Below are positions 18,623 through 28,511 of a stretch of 64,000 nucleotides of DNA, in pieces; position 1 is the first letter of the stretch; each line of letters opens with the position of its first letter. The notes under the pieces were generated by a model. That model worked only from the letters and a program-made list of their open reading frames with translations, had not been told where the DNA came from and did not search any database. Origin of the DNA: Eubacteriales bacterium. Lineage in GTDB: Bacteria; Bacillota; Clostridia; Oscillospirales; CAG-272. The stretch is from the NCBI GenBank assembly GCA_045535815.1, contig JAZSMJ010000041.1:6159-70158 (forward strand), given 5' to 3'. A program made the position numbers and the translations under genes.

Positions 18623-20041
18623 TTAAAATTTGAAATACAGGAACGGGCTGTAGGTAGAGGACGCTGCGTATGCTATTGACGCTATAAGTCCGACTGCACA
18701 CAAAACGGTCGAGATGATTCCCTGTGCCACAGAGCATCGCTCTCCAAGCTTATCGTATATCCTTTTGGGAAGCGGCGTTGCGCCGATTGCAAGTATCAAG
18801 GTAAACGGAATAAGTCTTATAAGGTCGTAAATATCAGAGCCGAATGCAAAGCCTGCTCCGCCGCCAAGCATCGAGGACAGATAACCGAGCACCGATGAGG
18901 TGTTATCAGCCTCAAATATCAGCCATCCGAACATAACGGCAAGCAGGGTAAGTACTTGTCTTATAACGGTGGGGATCTTGTCAAAGGCAGAGGAAAACTT
19001 CTTTTCTACCGTGAGCAGAATGAAATAGTAAAGCCCCCATAAAACGAAGCTCCAGCTTGCGCCGTGCCACAGACCCGTCAGAAGCCACACCGCAAGCAGA
19101 TTGCGGTAGGTTGCAAGCTCGCCACGTCTGTTTCCGCCCAGAGGTATGTATACGTATTCACGGAACCAGGTGCTGAGTGAGATATGCCATCTGCGCCAGA
19201 ATTCGGTTATACTGCGAGAGATATACGGATAGTTGAAGTTTTCAAGGAATTCAAAGCCGAGCATACGCCCAAGGCCTATTGCCATATCGGAGTAACCCGA
19301 GAAGTCAAAGTATATCTGGAAGGTGAACATTATAAGCCCGAGCCACGCGCCGACAGCTCCTCTTTGACTGTCTGCAACTCCAAGAAAATATTTCCAAACT
19401 GCACCTGCACCGTCTGCAAGTATCAGCTTTTTTGTAAGACCGACTGTAAAACGTCTGACTCCCGATGCAAAGTAATCTACCGAAACGCTTCTGTCCTCAA
19501 GCATAAGCGCAACGTCACGGTAACGGACGATAGGCCCTGCTATAAGCTGAGGGAACATCGTAACGTAAGAGCCGAAGGAAACGAAATTGCTCTGTGCACG
19601 GCACTCCTCTCTGTAAACGTCAATAGCGTATGACATTGCCTGGAAGGTGTAGAAGGATATACCGATGGGAAGCGGAATATCGGTAGGCTTAAGCGAAGAG
19701 AATATGGGTATCAGTCGAATATTTTCAATTATAAAGTTGCAGTACTTGAAAAATCCGAGCAGAGCGAGATTTATTATGACCGTTGCTATAAGCACCCGTT
19801 TTGCAGAGCTCTTTCTTCCCGAGCGGATATATTTCTCTATCAAAAAGCCTGCGGCGTAGTCTATCGCTATTGTAAACAGCATAAGGAAAACGTATTTAGG
19901 CTCTCCCCAGCCGTAAAACGCAAGGCTGGTTATGAAAAGCACGAGATTGCGTGCCTTCAGATACTTACGCGGAACGGCATAATACAGCAAAAGCGTAAGC
20001 GGAAAATATAAAAGTAAAAACTCAAAGCTTGAAAATACCAT
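18623..20041 (-). CDS. MBOAT family O-acyltransferase (AlgI/DltB-like)
   Basis: Polytopic protein with the conserved-His region RRWHISLSTWFREYVYIPLGGNR. Confidence 0.85.
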   Translation of the reverse strand: MVFSSFEFLLLYFPLTLLLYYAVPRKYLKARNLVLFITSLAFYGWGEPKYVFLMLFTIAIDYAAGFLIEKYIRSGRKSSAKRVLIATVIINLALLGFFKYCNFIIENIRLIPIFSSLKPTDIPLPIGISFYTFQAMSYAIDVYREECRAQSNFVSFGSYVTMFPQLIAGPIVRYRDVALMLEDRSVSVDYFASGVRRFTVGLTKKLILADGAGAVWKYFLGVADSQRGAVGAWLGLIMFTFQIYFDFSGYSDMAIGLGRMLGFEFLENFNYPYISRSITEFWRRWHISLSTWFREYVYIPLGGNRRGELATYRNLLAVWLLTGLWHGASWSFVLWGLYYFILLTVEKKFSSAFDKIPTVIRQVLTLLAVMFGWLIFEADNTSSVLGYLSSMLGGGAGFAFGSDIYDLIRLIPFTLILAIGATPLPKRIYDKLGERCSVAQGIISTVLCAVGLIASIAYAASSTYSPFLYFKF

Positions 20042-20079
20042 TTTACGTCCTTTTATACGCTATAGCCGTGAAGATCAGC

Positions 20080-20997
20080 TCAGCGTATCTCGTTTATATC
20101 GTAAGGTGTCATCTGATATACAAAGTAGTTAAGCCAGTTGGAGAAGAGAAGATGTGCGTGCCCTCTCCATATGTTCGGGGGGCGCTTTTCGGGGTCGTTA
20201 TCGGGGAAATAGTTATAAGGTATATCAATATCGAGCCCCTTGTTTTTATCTCTGAAATATTCCTTTGCCAAGGTATCGAAATCGTATTCGGAATGTCCCG
20301 TAACAAAGAACATACGCATATCTCTTGCCGCTACGATGTAGGGCCCTGCAATATCAGACTCGCAAAGAAGGTCAATTCCGTCTGCCTTTTCTATATCCTC
20401 TCTGCGTATGCCGGTATGGCGTGAATGTGGGGCATAGAATTTTTCGTCAAAGCCTCTGAGTATCGGGTGCTTTGGCATAAGATTGGTGTGCTCGAAAACG
20501 CCGAACATCTTTTTATCAAGCGGATACTTTGGAACTCCGTAATGATAGTAAAGACCTGCCTGCGCCGCCCAGCAGATGTGAAGTGTGGAGAATACGTTGA
20601 GCTTTGACCATTCCATTATCTCACAAAGCTCTTCCCAATAGTCAACCTCGGTAAAGTCGAGCCCCTCAACGGGAGCTCCCGTTATAACCAGACCGTCAAA
20701 CTTCTCGTTTTTTATATCCGAAAAGTTTTTATAAAATGCGCTCATATGCTCGGGAAGGGTATTCTTGGGTGTGTGCGATTCGGTGCCGAGCAGCGTAAGC
20801 TCTATCTGAAGGGACGAATTTGAGAGAAGTCTTATAAGCTGTGTCTCGGTCGTCTCCTTTGTGGGCATAAGGTTAAGAACGGCTATTCTCAAAGGACGGA
20901 TGTCCTGATGAGATGCGCGAAGCTCGTTCATAACGAATATATTTTCATTTTCAAGTGTCTCACGAGCCGGAAGCCCGTCGGGTATCTTTATAGGCAT
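20080..20997 (-). CDS. metA: homoserine O-acyltransferase, MetA family
   Basis: Trimmed to [23 protein letters not shown], the canonical MetA N-terminus. About 305 aa. Confidence 0.88.
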   Translation of the reverse strand: MPIKIPDGLPARETLENENIFVMNELRASHQDIRPLRIAVLNLMPTKETTETQLIRLLSNSSLQIELTLLGTESHTPKNTLPEHMSAFYKNFSDIKNEKFDGLVITGAPVEGLDFTEVDYWEELCEIMEWSKLNVFSTLHICWAAQAGLYYHYGVPKYPLDKKMFGVFEHTNLMPKHPILRGFDEKFYAPHSRHTGIRREDIEKADGIDLLCESDIAGPYIVAARDMRMFFVTGHSEYDFDTLAKEYFRDKNKGLDIDIPYNYFPDNDPEKRPPNIWRGHAHLLFSNWLNYFVYQMTPYDINEIR

Positions 20998-21140
20998 AAA
21001 TTGTGTCTCTCCGTGTGATAAGTCGTTTATCCCGCAAATGCCAAAAACGGACAAAATACAGGTATTATATAATTATAACAGATATTATATAATATTACAA
21101 TCACACGAAGGGATAAAAAGTGTAAATTTTTATCGAAAGC

Positions 21141-22049
21141 TCAGCACAAAGCAGGCATGGAAAAGAGAGCCTCTCTCATGCTAGCGTATATTCCGGTAAG
21201 AGAGGAGGGCGGAAGCGGATTTTCACCCTTGCCGCATTCTATGGTAAATCCGGGAGCGCCAAACTCTCGCACAAACCAATCCTTAAAGCCTCCGTAAGCC
21301 GCACTGCCCTCTGGGAAGGCAAGCTTATATCCGGTCATATTGGCTATCTGCCTGCCTATAAGCTCGCTTCGCATCGGCATACTCATATCCTTGGGCGGAG
21401 CGTATATCTCCTCACCTTGCGTGTGCAGAGCTACCACAAGCTTGACGTCGTCAAGCGAGCGTATAAGGCTGCAAAGAGCCTTTGTTTCGGGCTCGCTTTC
21501 GGGATATTCACCGCTGTATTTACTGCGTGCGCCCCCCTCTATCCCCTCTTCAAAGCCGAGCGCCTTGTATTCGGCAAAGTCGGCATCGTAGTTGTGATTG
21601 AGGTCAACTCCCCGCCCGTTTGCCTGCCAGCGTGTAAAATCCTCGCTTCCGCCGTTCATGCGGATCAGCCTTTCCTTAAGAGGAACGCAGTCGCCAAGAC
21701 CGTTTACCGAAAGCTCAACTCCGTCGGGATTGAGCATAGGTATAACAAATATCGATCGGGTTGCGTACATATAATCGGGCGAAAGACCGAACATCCTTCT
21801 GTGATCCTTGAGATGCTCGCAGTATTCCTTTGCATATTTCATAAGAACGGCAGAGGTAACGCTCTCCATACCGTGATGTGAGCCGACGTAAACTATATTT
21901 CGGCAGCCCGTTCCCAGTCTGAGTATAGGGATCCTTCTTCCGAACAAACTTTCTCCCAGGCAAAGCTCACGAACGAAGCCGTATTGCGCCGTCAGGCTGT
22001 CTATATCTGCAATAAGATGGCCGTAATCATATCTTTTCTCTTTTTTCAT
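21141..22049 (-). CDS. M14 family zinc carboxypeptidase (gamma-D-glutamyl-meso-DAP peptidase-like)
   Basis: Start at 22049 with RBS AAGGAG 8 nt upstream. Zinc-binding motif HHGME (VGSHHGMES) and a downstream His in ALHTQGE. Confidence 0.7.
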   Translation of the reverse strand: MKKEKRYDYGHLIADIDSLTAQYGFVRELCLGESLFGRRIPILRLGTGCRNIVYVGSHHGMESVTSAVLMKYAKEYCEHLKDHRRMFGLSPDYMYATRSIFVIPMLNPDGVELSVNGLGDCVPLKERLIRMNGGSEDFTRWQANGRGVDLNHNYDADFAEYKALGFEEGIEGGARSKYSGEYPESEPETKALCSLIRSLDDVKLVVALHTQGEEIYAPPKDMSMPMRSELIGRQIANMTGYKLAFPEGSAAYGGFKDWFVREFGAPGFTIECGKGENPLPPSSLTGIYASMREALFSMPALC

Positions 22050-22178
22050 AGCCCAAACTCCTTTAAAGAAATAGTACATTATATGCTTTTTGGAGAAATA
22101 AATACCGCTAAAGCTGAGCTTAAAAGGATACGAGCGCTTTCGCTGAGATAAAATTCACAAAATGTTAACAAAATATAT

Positions 22179-22192
22179 CGAACAAGCGTTTG
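22179..22192. promoter_or_regulatory. LexA (Cheo/SOS) box upstream of lexA
   Basis: CGAACAAGCGTTTG compared with the Firmicutes consensus CGAAC-N4-GTTCG shows one core mismatch. It lies just upstream of the TTGTCA / TGATATAAT promoter of lexA. Confidence 0.6.
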
Positions 22193-22279
22193 CGTTTTGT
22201 CACAAAGTGTGATATGATATAATTAAAATAATCAGAGCCTATAGGCTTACAAGCCTCACGGCTCGCAGGAGGGCAAGCA

Positions 22280-22891
22280 ATGCTTCAGCTTACCGATAAA
22301 GAGAAAAAAATATATGATTTTATAACCGATACCATCCGTCACGACGGATATTCACCCAGCGTCAGAGATATACAGAATGCACTCGGCATAAAGAGCACCT
22401 CAACGGTGCACGCATATCTCGAAAAGCTCGAGCAGAAGGGATATATTCAGAAGGAGTCGGGCAAGAGCCGTACCCTCAGAGTCGACAGCGTGATAAGTGA
22501 CGATTCTATGACCGTCAAGGTTCCGATAGTCGGAAGAGTAACGGCAGGTCTTCCTATGTTTGCCGCCGAAAATTACGAGGGATATATAGACTTTCCGCTT
22601 ATAAACCGTTCCTATATGCACAATCAGATGTTTGCTCTGCGTGTTTGCGGTGAGAGTATGATCGAGGCAGGTATTATGGACGGCGATACGGTGGTCGTTA
22701 AAAAGGAAAACTACGCTGAAAACGGCGATATCGTAGTTGCTCTCATCGGCGATGAGGCAACGGTCAAGACCTTTTATAAGGAAAACGGACATTTCCGTCT
22801 CCAGCCCGAAAACAAGACCATGAAGCCGATAATAGCCGATGACGTGTTTATTCTCGGCAAGGTCATCTCGGTTATGAGATACTATAACTGA
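22280..22891 (+). CDS. lexA: LexA repressor
   Basis: Winged HTH at the N-terminus, an Ala-Gly cleavage site (VTAGLPMFA), the Ser motif GESM and the Lys region ATVKTF. Confidence 0.92.
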   Translation: MLQLTDKEKKIYDFITDTIRHDGYSPSVRDIQNALGIKSTSTVHAYLEKLEQKGYIQKESGKSRTLRVDSVISDDSMTVKVPIVGRVTAGLPMFAAENYEGYIDFPLINRSYMHNQMFALRVCGESMIEAGIMDGDTVVVKKENYAENGDIVVALIGDEATVKTFYKENGHFRLQPENKTMKPIIADDVFILGKVISVMRYYN

Positions 22892-22892
22892 T

Positions 22893-23606
22893 ATGCGCAA
22901 GGATGAAGCAATGATAAAAAAGCAAAGCAATAAAGGGGCGTATCTTCTGCTCCTTGTATCATGCATACTGATTCCGACGCTGTCAAATATACTGCGGTAT
23001 TTCGCCGCAAGGCTGAGCGGAAATATTATGTATAAGGTTGAGGCGGCAATACTTCCGTATGCCGCAGAGCTTACGCTTACCGTATCCCTTATAGTCGGAG
23101 CGGCGCTTATGCTCGTAAGTATATATACGGGAAGACCGAATGTCATCCTAACTCTTTCGCTTAATGCGGTTGCAATAATCATTCTTTATTTTGCACCGTT
23201 TCTGATCGAGTGGAGGCTGTCGGCAGCCTTTGAGTATCTGATGCCCTATTATGCAAAGATTACCGCAGTGGATATTATTACCGGACTTTTGCAAACGGCG
23301 GCTCTGTTTGTCGCACTTAAGGTCTATTCGCTCAGAACGAAGGCGGCGTCGCACGGTCTTGAAAACAAAAATACGCTCCATACAGCCACAGTTATTGCAA
23401 TAGCCGTGATTATGGGCGTCAGGTTGGTCTCGTGTATAGCCAACACCGTATCGGATTTTATCTATGCACACACCGAATTCGGCACCGCCATGCCTCAGAA
23501 TGCACAGGAATGGACGTATATAGTCACACCCTATATCTTAACGCTGTTTTGGATATTTGCCGGATATTTTTTAATGCGGTATATAGTAAAAATAACACAA
23601 AAATAA
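22893..23606 (+). CDS. hypothetical polytopic membrane protein co-transcribed with lexA
   Basis: The ORF begins 2 nt after the lexA stop (an alternative ATG lies at 22911). About six hydrophobic helices and no motif I recognise. Confidence 0.55.
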   Translation: MRKDEAMIKKQSNKGAYLLLLVSCILIPTLSNILRYFAARLSGNIMYKVEAAILPYAAELTLTVSLIVGAALMLVSIYTGRPNVILTLSLNAVAIIILYFAPFLIEWRLSAAFEYLMPYYAKITAVDIITGLLQTAALFVALKVYSLRTKAASHGLENKNTLHTATVIAIAVIMGVRLVSCIANTVSDFIYAHTEFGTAMPQNAQEWTYIVTPYILTLFWIFAGYFLMRYIVKITQK

Positions 23607-23648
23607 AAAAAGAAAATTTCCAACTTGGGAAATTTTCTTTTTTTATTT
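23605..23648. terminator. bidirectional terminator between the lexA operon and radC
   Basis: AAGAAAATTTCC-loop-GGAAATTTTCTT flanked by an A-tract and a T-tract. Confidence 0.7.
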
Positions 23649-24359
23649 TATGTAATCGTGTACGATGCAGGCGAATTCCGAGCCCGATACTACTATATGC
23701 TCAATAAGAGGCTTGTTCAGGCGTGAGAATATATCTCGTATATCGAGTGTCGCCTTAATGTCATCCTGTGACGGCTGTGCAGAGCCGCCGAGATGATTGT
23801 GAGCAAGTGCGAAGGCGCTGGCGTTTCTCGAAAAGAGTATCTCTGCTATCTTTTCCGCATCGGGTATTCCGGTGTTTAACGTGCCGATATGAACGTCGTC
23901 GCAGGCAATCAGCCTCATTGACGGATCAAGCGACATAACGGTCAGCTTTTCTTTTGTTTCACCTACAAAATAGTTAACGAAGAAGAATCCGAAATCATTA
24001 AGCGTTTTATACGCCTTACCGTTTGCCTTGGACGGTGAAACGTAAATATTTGCAACCTGCGAGAACAGACGTATAAGTATGGCAGAATTTTCTCCGACTC
24101 CGTCGACTCTGCAAAGGTTATCCGTGCTTGCGTTAAGAACGCCCTGAAGAGAGCCGAATTCGTTTATCAGTCTGTGCGCAATGTCGTTGGTGTTGATTCT
24201 CGGAATGGCAAACGTTAAGATAAATTCAAGCACCTCGTGGTCGGCAAATCCTCGAAGCCCTTCGGCTTTAAAGCGTGACCGAAGCCTTTCTCTGTGCCCC
24301 TTGTGAAGCTCCGAAGGCGATAAATTGCCCTTGCTTTTTTCGGTTACTGACTTGCTCAT
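23643..24359 (-). CDS. radC: RadC-family JAB/MPN domain protein
   Basis: An HhH-like N-terminus and a C-terminal JAMM-like motif, HNHLGGSAQPSQDD. Confidence 0.85.
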   Translation of the reverse strand: MSKSVTEKSKGNLSPSELHKGHRERLRSRFKAEGLRGFADHEVLEFILTFAIPRINTNDIAHRLINEFGSLQGVLNASTDNLCRVDGVGENSAILIRLFSQVANIYVSPSKANGKAYKTLNDFGFFFVNYFVGETKEKLTVMSLDPSMRLIACDDVHIGTLNTGIPDAEKIAEILFSRNASAFALAHNHLGGSAQPSQDDIKATLDIRDIFSRLNKPLIEHIVVSGSEFACIVHDYIK

Positions 24360-25234
24360 TCTGATTCAGACGTATCCTCAAGGGCACTGTCCGTATCAGC
24401 TACAGTATTCTCTGCTTCAGCCACTTCCGCTACGGATAGGCTGAACATACGGGATACTGTGTATACGGCAAGAGCAAGACAGAGGAAGAAGTATATCTGC
24501 GAATTTATCATATCCCATTTTTTGAGGTATATAAGAACGAGAGAAGGAAGGGACGTCACGCTAAGCAGTATAACTGCCGCAGATCCCATTGCGAGAAATG
24601 ACTGCACCTTCGGTCTGCCCAAAAGGAAGCGGAGCTCGTTTACGAAATAGAGCATGACCGCAAGAAGAACGACCTGATTTATTATCCTCGTGGGGCTGGA
24701 CATGGGCGTTTCGTATGAAAAATATGATGCCATAAGCGTGAACATTGCCCAAAGAACAACGCCGAAGCCAACTGCAAGAGAGTTTTTCATATACATATCC
24801 TTTTTGAGCGCAGTCGCTATAAAGTATAATGCGGAAAGAATGCCGCAGGCTGTAGCTATTATATTGAGTATTCCGTCGGGAGTCGAAGTCGAGAAGGTGA
24901 ATTTGTTTTCAATGAAGCTCCAGACGATGTTTGCAAGCATAAGAAAGCCTGCCAAAAATGCGCTGAATGAGGTAACTCCGTCGGCGCACGGAAGCTTTTG
25001 AGGAGCGGTGCCTTTTTTTACGGTAAACATAGCCGCTATAGCCATTGCGACTACAGCCACGCCGATGATAATATCAAGTATCTGCCCTGCACTCGTGCCG
25101 TTTGCGTAAACGAACATATCTGCCTGATATACCGATGCAAGAACTACCGTGCGGGCAATCGCAAGTATCGCCGCAAGAGCGGCAGTTATTATTGAATATA
25201 TAAAAATTGGCTTTGAGATTTTTTTGTTTTTCAT
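24356..25234 (-). CDS. hypothetical polytopic membrane protein with acidic tail
   Basis: 292 aa, roughly eight TM helices and an acidic C-terminus. Its stop overlaps the radC start (ATGA). Confidence 0.55.
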   Translation of the reverse strand: MKNKKISKPIFIYSIITAALAAILAIARTVVLASVYQADMFVYANGTSAGQILDIIIGVAVVAMAIAAMFTVKKGTAPQKLPCADGVTSFSAFLAGFLMLANIVWSFIENKFTFSTSTPDGILNIIATACGILSALYFIATALKKDMYMKNSLAVGFGVVLWAMFTLMASYFSYETPMSSPTRIINQVVLLAVMLYFVNELRFLLGRPKVQSFLAMGSAAVILLSVTSLPSLVLIYLKKWDMINSQIYFFLCLALAVYTVSRMFSLSVAEVAEAENTVADTDSALEDTSESE

Positions 25235-25324
25235 ATGATCAAGCCTTTCTTTGAATAGCTGAATTATACGTCACTATATATTATATATCCTTTTATTTCC
25301 GTTTTCAATAGATAGTGGAAAATT

Positions 25325-25978
25325 TTACTTTTGCAGGCTGTCAAAAAGAACCCACGGAGAGCTTTCGGGCGGCGGAGCGCTCACGTCGATCAGCTTTTTG
25401 GTCAAGGGATGCGTGAAGCAGATCCTGTGGGACCACAGCGCAATATCCTTTGCCTTTCTTCCGCCGTAGCGAACGTCGCCTATAAGCGGATGCTTGCGGT
25501 GAGAAAGCTGTACCCTTATCTGATGTGTGCGCCCGGTGTGCAAAATTATGTGCAGAAGGGATATGGCAGAGCCGTCAAGCTCGGCTGTGCCGAGCGTTTT
25601 GTATTCGAGAGAGGCGTCACGCACACCCTTTCTCATGCGGTCAACGACGTAGCTTTTGTTTATGTGCGAATCACGGAACAAAAGGTCCTTCAAAACGGCG
25701 CTCTCTTCCTCCATTTCGCCCATAGCAACCGCAAGATATTCCTTATGGAAGGAGCGCTCTGCTACCTGAGCGATAAGCTTGCCGGTAACGGCAGGATTTT
25801 TGGAAAAGAGCATAACACCGCCAACGTCACGGTCAAGGCGGTGTACAGTGCCGATATAATCACGCCCGGTGTGCTCACGCAAAAGTGCAGGCATACACGC
25901 ACTTCGACTGTCCTCGGACAGAACGCCCGTAGGCTTTATTGCGCAAATTATATGCTTGTCCTCAAACAGTACCTGCAT
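25325..25978 (-). CDS. RluA-family pseudouridine synthase
   Basis: Catalytic motif HRLDRDVGGVMLF. At 217 aa it lacks an S4 domain. Confidence 0.8.
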   Translation of the reverse strand: MQVLFEDKHIICAIKPTGVLSEDSRSACMPALLREHTGRDYIGTVHRLDRDVGGVMLFSKNPAVTGKLIAQVAERSFHKEYLAVAMGEMEEESAVLKDLLFRDSHINKSYVVDRMRKGVRDASLEYKTLGTAELDGSAISLLHIILHTGRTHQIRVQLSHRKHPLIGDVRYGGRKAKDIALWSHRICFTHPLTKKLIDVSAPPPESSPWVLFDSLQK

Positions 25979-26142
25979 GATGCCCTCCGTAAATTTATTC
26001 TATAATAAATTATTCACCAAAATTATACTTTTGTCAAGAGGTAGCCGGGAAAACACTCTACAACTTTTGATTCTTTTTGTATTGTGATTTGGCTTTTTAT
26101 ATGATATAATTATTTCTACATAAAGACAAACGAGGTTTTGAA

Positions 26143-26922
26143 ATGGACAAGGTAATTTTTGATAAGATAGTTGAAACGGTGAGAAAATGCGGTGCGCTTA
26201 TGCTCAGTGCACACGATATTGAAGAAGGAATGACCAAAAAGTCGTGTGCGGCGGATTTTGTTACCAAATACGATAAAAAGATACAGGACATTCTGTACGA
26301 AGAAATTCATTCGATAATGCCCGATGCTCATTTCGTGGGCGAGGAGGACAGACAGGACACGGTCGATTCGGGATATGCGTTTATAGTTGACCCGATAGAC
26401 GGCACTGCAAACTTCGTTAAGGGATACAAGTGCAGCGTCGTTTCGGTTGGGCTTCTTCTTGACGGTAAGCCTCATATGGGCATTATCTACAATCCCTATA
26501 TGAACGAGATGTTCACTGCTCTTGACGGAGAGGGCGCGCACCTTAACGGCAAGCGCATCTTTGCTTCCGAGCACAAGCTGAGTGAGGGCATTTCGCTTTT
26601 CGGAACCTCGCCCTACTATGCCGATCTACGCAAAAAGACCTTTATCTTAGCCGAGAAGGTCTGCGGATACGCTACCGACGTCAGACGAAGCGGATCAGCG
26701 GCGTGGGATCTTTGCAATATCGCCGCAGGCAGAGCCGAGGCCTTCTTTGAGATGATACTCTCGCCCTGGGATTATGCCGCAGGTGCGTGTATCGTTGCGC
26801 AGGCAGGCGGAAGGATAACAAAGATGGACGGCTCGCCGCTTGAATTTAACAAAAAATGCTCGGTCATAGCGGCAGGCCCTAATGCATACGGTGAGATATT
26901 CGAGCTTATAAGCCAAGGCTGA
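26143..26922 (+). CDS. suhB: inositol monophosphatase family protein
   Basis: VDPIDGTANF and WDYAAG motifs. Confidence 0.8.
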   Translation: MDKVIFDKIVETVRKCGALMLSAHDIEEGMTKKSCAADFVTKYDKKIQDILYEEIHSIMPDAHFVGEEDRQDTVDSGYAFIVDPIDGTANFVKGYKCSVVSVGLLLDGKPHMGIIYNPYMNEMFTALDGEGAHLNGKRIFASEHKLSEGISLFGTSPYYADLRKKTFILAEKVCGYATDVRRSGSAAWDLCNIAAGRAEAFFEMILSPWDYAAGACIVAQAGGRITKMDGSPLEFNKKCSVIAAGPNAYGEIFELISQG

Positions 26923-26937
26923 CGTTCGGAGGGTAAT

Positions 26938-27669
26938 ATGCACAGGTTATATCAAAAAAGCGAGATATGGTTTTCGATCGTATGGATAATCGTTTACGTT
27001 GTCGGAACGAGCGCTTTTGACGCTCTGTCAAGCAATATCGGAACGGAGAAGCTGTTTTCGTTTATCTTTCTTGTTGCGCTGAGCGCAGTAGCAGTAATAT
27101 GGATGAAAAAAAGCTCGCTTTTCAAAAAATACGGTATATGCAAGCCTGTATCTGATGCCCGAAGCTTTTTATATTACATACCGCTTATTGCGATAATGAG
27201 CTGTAATGCGTGGTTTGGGCTGACCTTCAATATGGGCGCTCTTGAAACGGCTTTATATATCGGCAGTATGCTATGCGTTGGCTTTCTTGAGGAGTTTATA
27301 TTCCGCGGACTTCTGTTTCGTGCAATGAGTAAGGACGGCCTTAAGGCTGCGGTCGTAGTATCCTCGCTTACATTTGGGATAGGGCATATGGTAAATCTGA
27401 TAAACGGAAGCGGAGCGGATCTTATCCCGACGCTTCTGCAGGTGGTTTATGCTGCGGCATTCGGATTTTTGTGCGTTGTGATGTTTTACAGAGGCGGCTC
27501 CTTGTGGCCCTGCATTATCGCTCACGGAGCGGTAAATTCTCTCAGCGTATTTGCAAAGGAAGCGCCGTCATATTTGGCTGATATAGCATCGTCCGTTGTC
27601 TTGGCCGTGCTTGCATTTGCATATGCGGCAGTGCTTTTGAAAACTCTTCCGAAAAAAGCGGAAAATTGA
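26938..27669 (+). CDS. CPBP family intramembrane glutamic endopeptidase (Abi/CAAX-like)
   Basis: EEFIFRG and FGIGH motifs in a polytopic protein. Confidence 0.8.
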   Translation: MHRLYQKSEIWFSIVWIIVYVVGTSAFDALSSNIGTEKLFSFIFLVALSAVAVIWMKKSSLFKKYGICKPVSDARSFLYYIPLIAIMSCNAWFGLTFNMGALETALYIGSMLCVGFLEEFIFRGLLFRAMSKDGLKAAVVVSSLTFGIGHMVNLINGSGADLIPTLLQVVYAAAFGFLCVVMFYRGGSLWPCIIAHGAVNSLSVFAKEAPSYLADIASSVVLAVLAFAYAAVLLKTLPKKAEN

Positions 27670-27787
27670 CGGCTGCGGCGGTTTTGCACAGCCTATTTAT
27701 ATAATAAAGTATTGACAATTTGTTTGCGATGTGATAAAATCATAAGGTATCAATATAAGTATACGTTAATACACGGAGGAACATATA

Positions 27788-28378
27788 ATGAAAAGAATAC
27801 TTGCACTGATGCTTGCTGTAGTTTTTGTGGCGCTTGCCTTTACAGGATGCAGCGCTTCCAGAAAAGACAAACTTGAAGTACTTAACGAAAAATACGATTC
27901 ACTCGGACAGCTTCTTTACGACGCTGTATATGTATCCTCTCTCAGCGGTGCGCTTGATGAAGACAAGGAGCTCAAGGCTACTATAGACGACACAAAATCT
28001 CTTATCAAGGCTGTTGGTATGAGAGTTGCCGCACAGTCAACGCTTACAGAGGCTTCTCTTGATAATGCAATAAAGAGCATCGAGGGTGTTATAGTAACGC
28101 TCAACGATATAATCGATACATACACGATGACAGAAGAGGAAGAGAATGCACTTGCAGAAGAGCTCAAGATCCAGGCTGACCTTGAAGCTGAGCAGGCTCG
28201 TCTTGAGGCAGAGGCTGAGGCAGCTGCGGCAGAATCCGAATCTATCGCAGAATCTATAGCGGAGTCTATAGCTGAGGAAGAATCCAAGGCTGCTGAAGAG
28301 GAGACCGAGACTGAGGCAGAGGCTGATTCAGAAGCTGAGGCAGAGGCTACCGAAGAAGATACAACCACTGAAGAGTAA
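27788..28378 (+). CDS. lipoprotein with acidic low-complexity C-terminus
   Basis: Lipobox AFTGC follows a signal peptide. The tail holds ESIA x3 and EAEA runs. A TTGACA-17-TAAAAT promoter lies upstream. Confidence 0.7.
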   Translation: MKRILALMLAVVFVALAFTGCSASRKDKLEVLNEKYDSLGQLLYDAVYVSSLSGALDEDKELKATIDDTKSLIKAVGMRVAAQSTLTEASLDNAIKSIEGVIVTLNDIIDTYTMTEEEENALAEELKIQADLEAEQARLEAEAEAAAAESESIAESIAESIAEEESKAAEEETETEAEADSEAEAEATEEDTTTEE

Positions 28379-28418
28379 TAAAACTTACTCGGAGCTGGCA
28401 TATTGTTTTGTAATTTGC

Positions 28419-28450
28419 GCCGGGAGAGGAAATATCTCCCGGCTTATTTA
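28419..28450 (+). terminator. intrinsic terminator
   Basis: GCCGGGAGA-GGAAATA-TCTCCCGGC followed by TTATTTATT. Confidence 0.75.
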
Positions 28451-28511
28451 TTCAGACGAGAGGAACAAAAGCTGTAGCATATCGTCGGATAAACAGGAGG
28501 AATGATCCAAA

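Noticed and set aside
20998-21140. A possible SAM riboswitch or Met T-box upstream of metA.
   Set aside because: The leader is only about 60-70 nt after the AT-rich promoter-like boxes. It contains neither the SAM-I core nor a T-box sequence.
28230-28330. Short tandem DNA repeats (ESIA/EAEA coding) checked as a possible CRISPR or other repeat array.
   Set aside because: The repeats are 12 bp or shorter, imperfect, in frame and inside a lipoprotein CDS. There are no spacers and no cas genes anywhere in the window.
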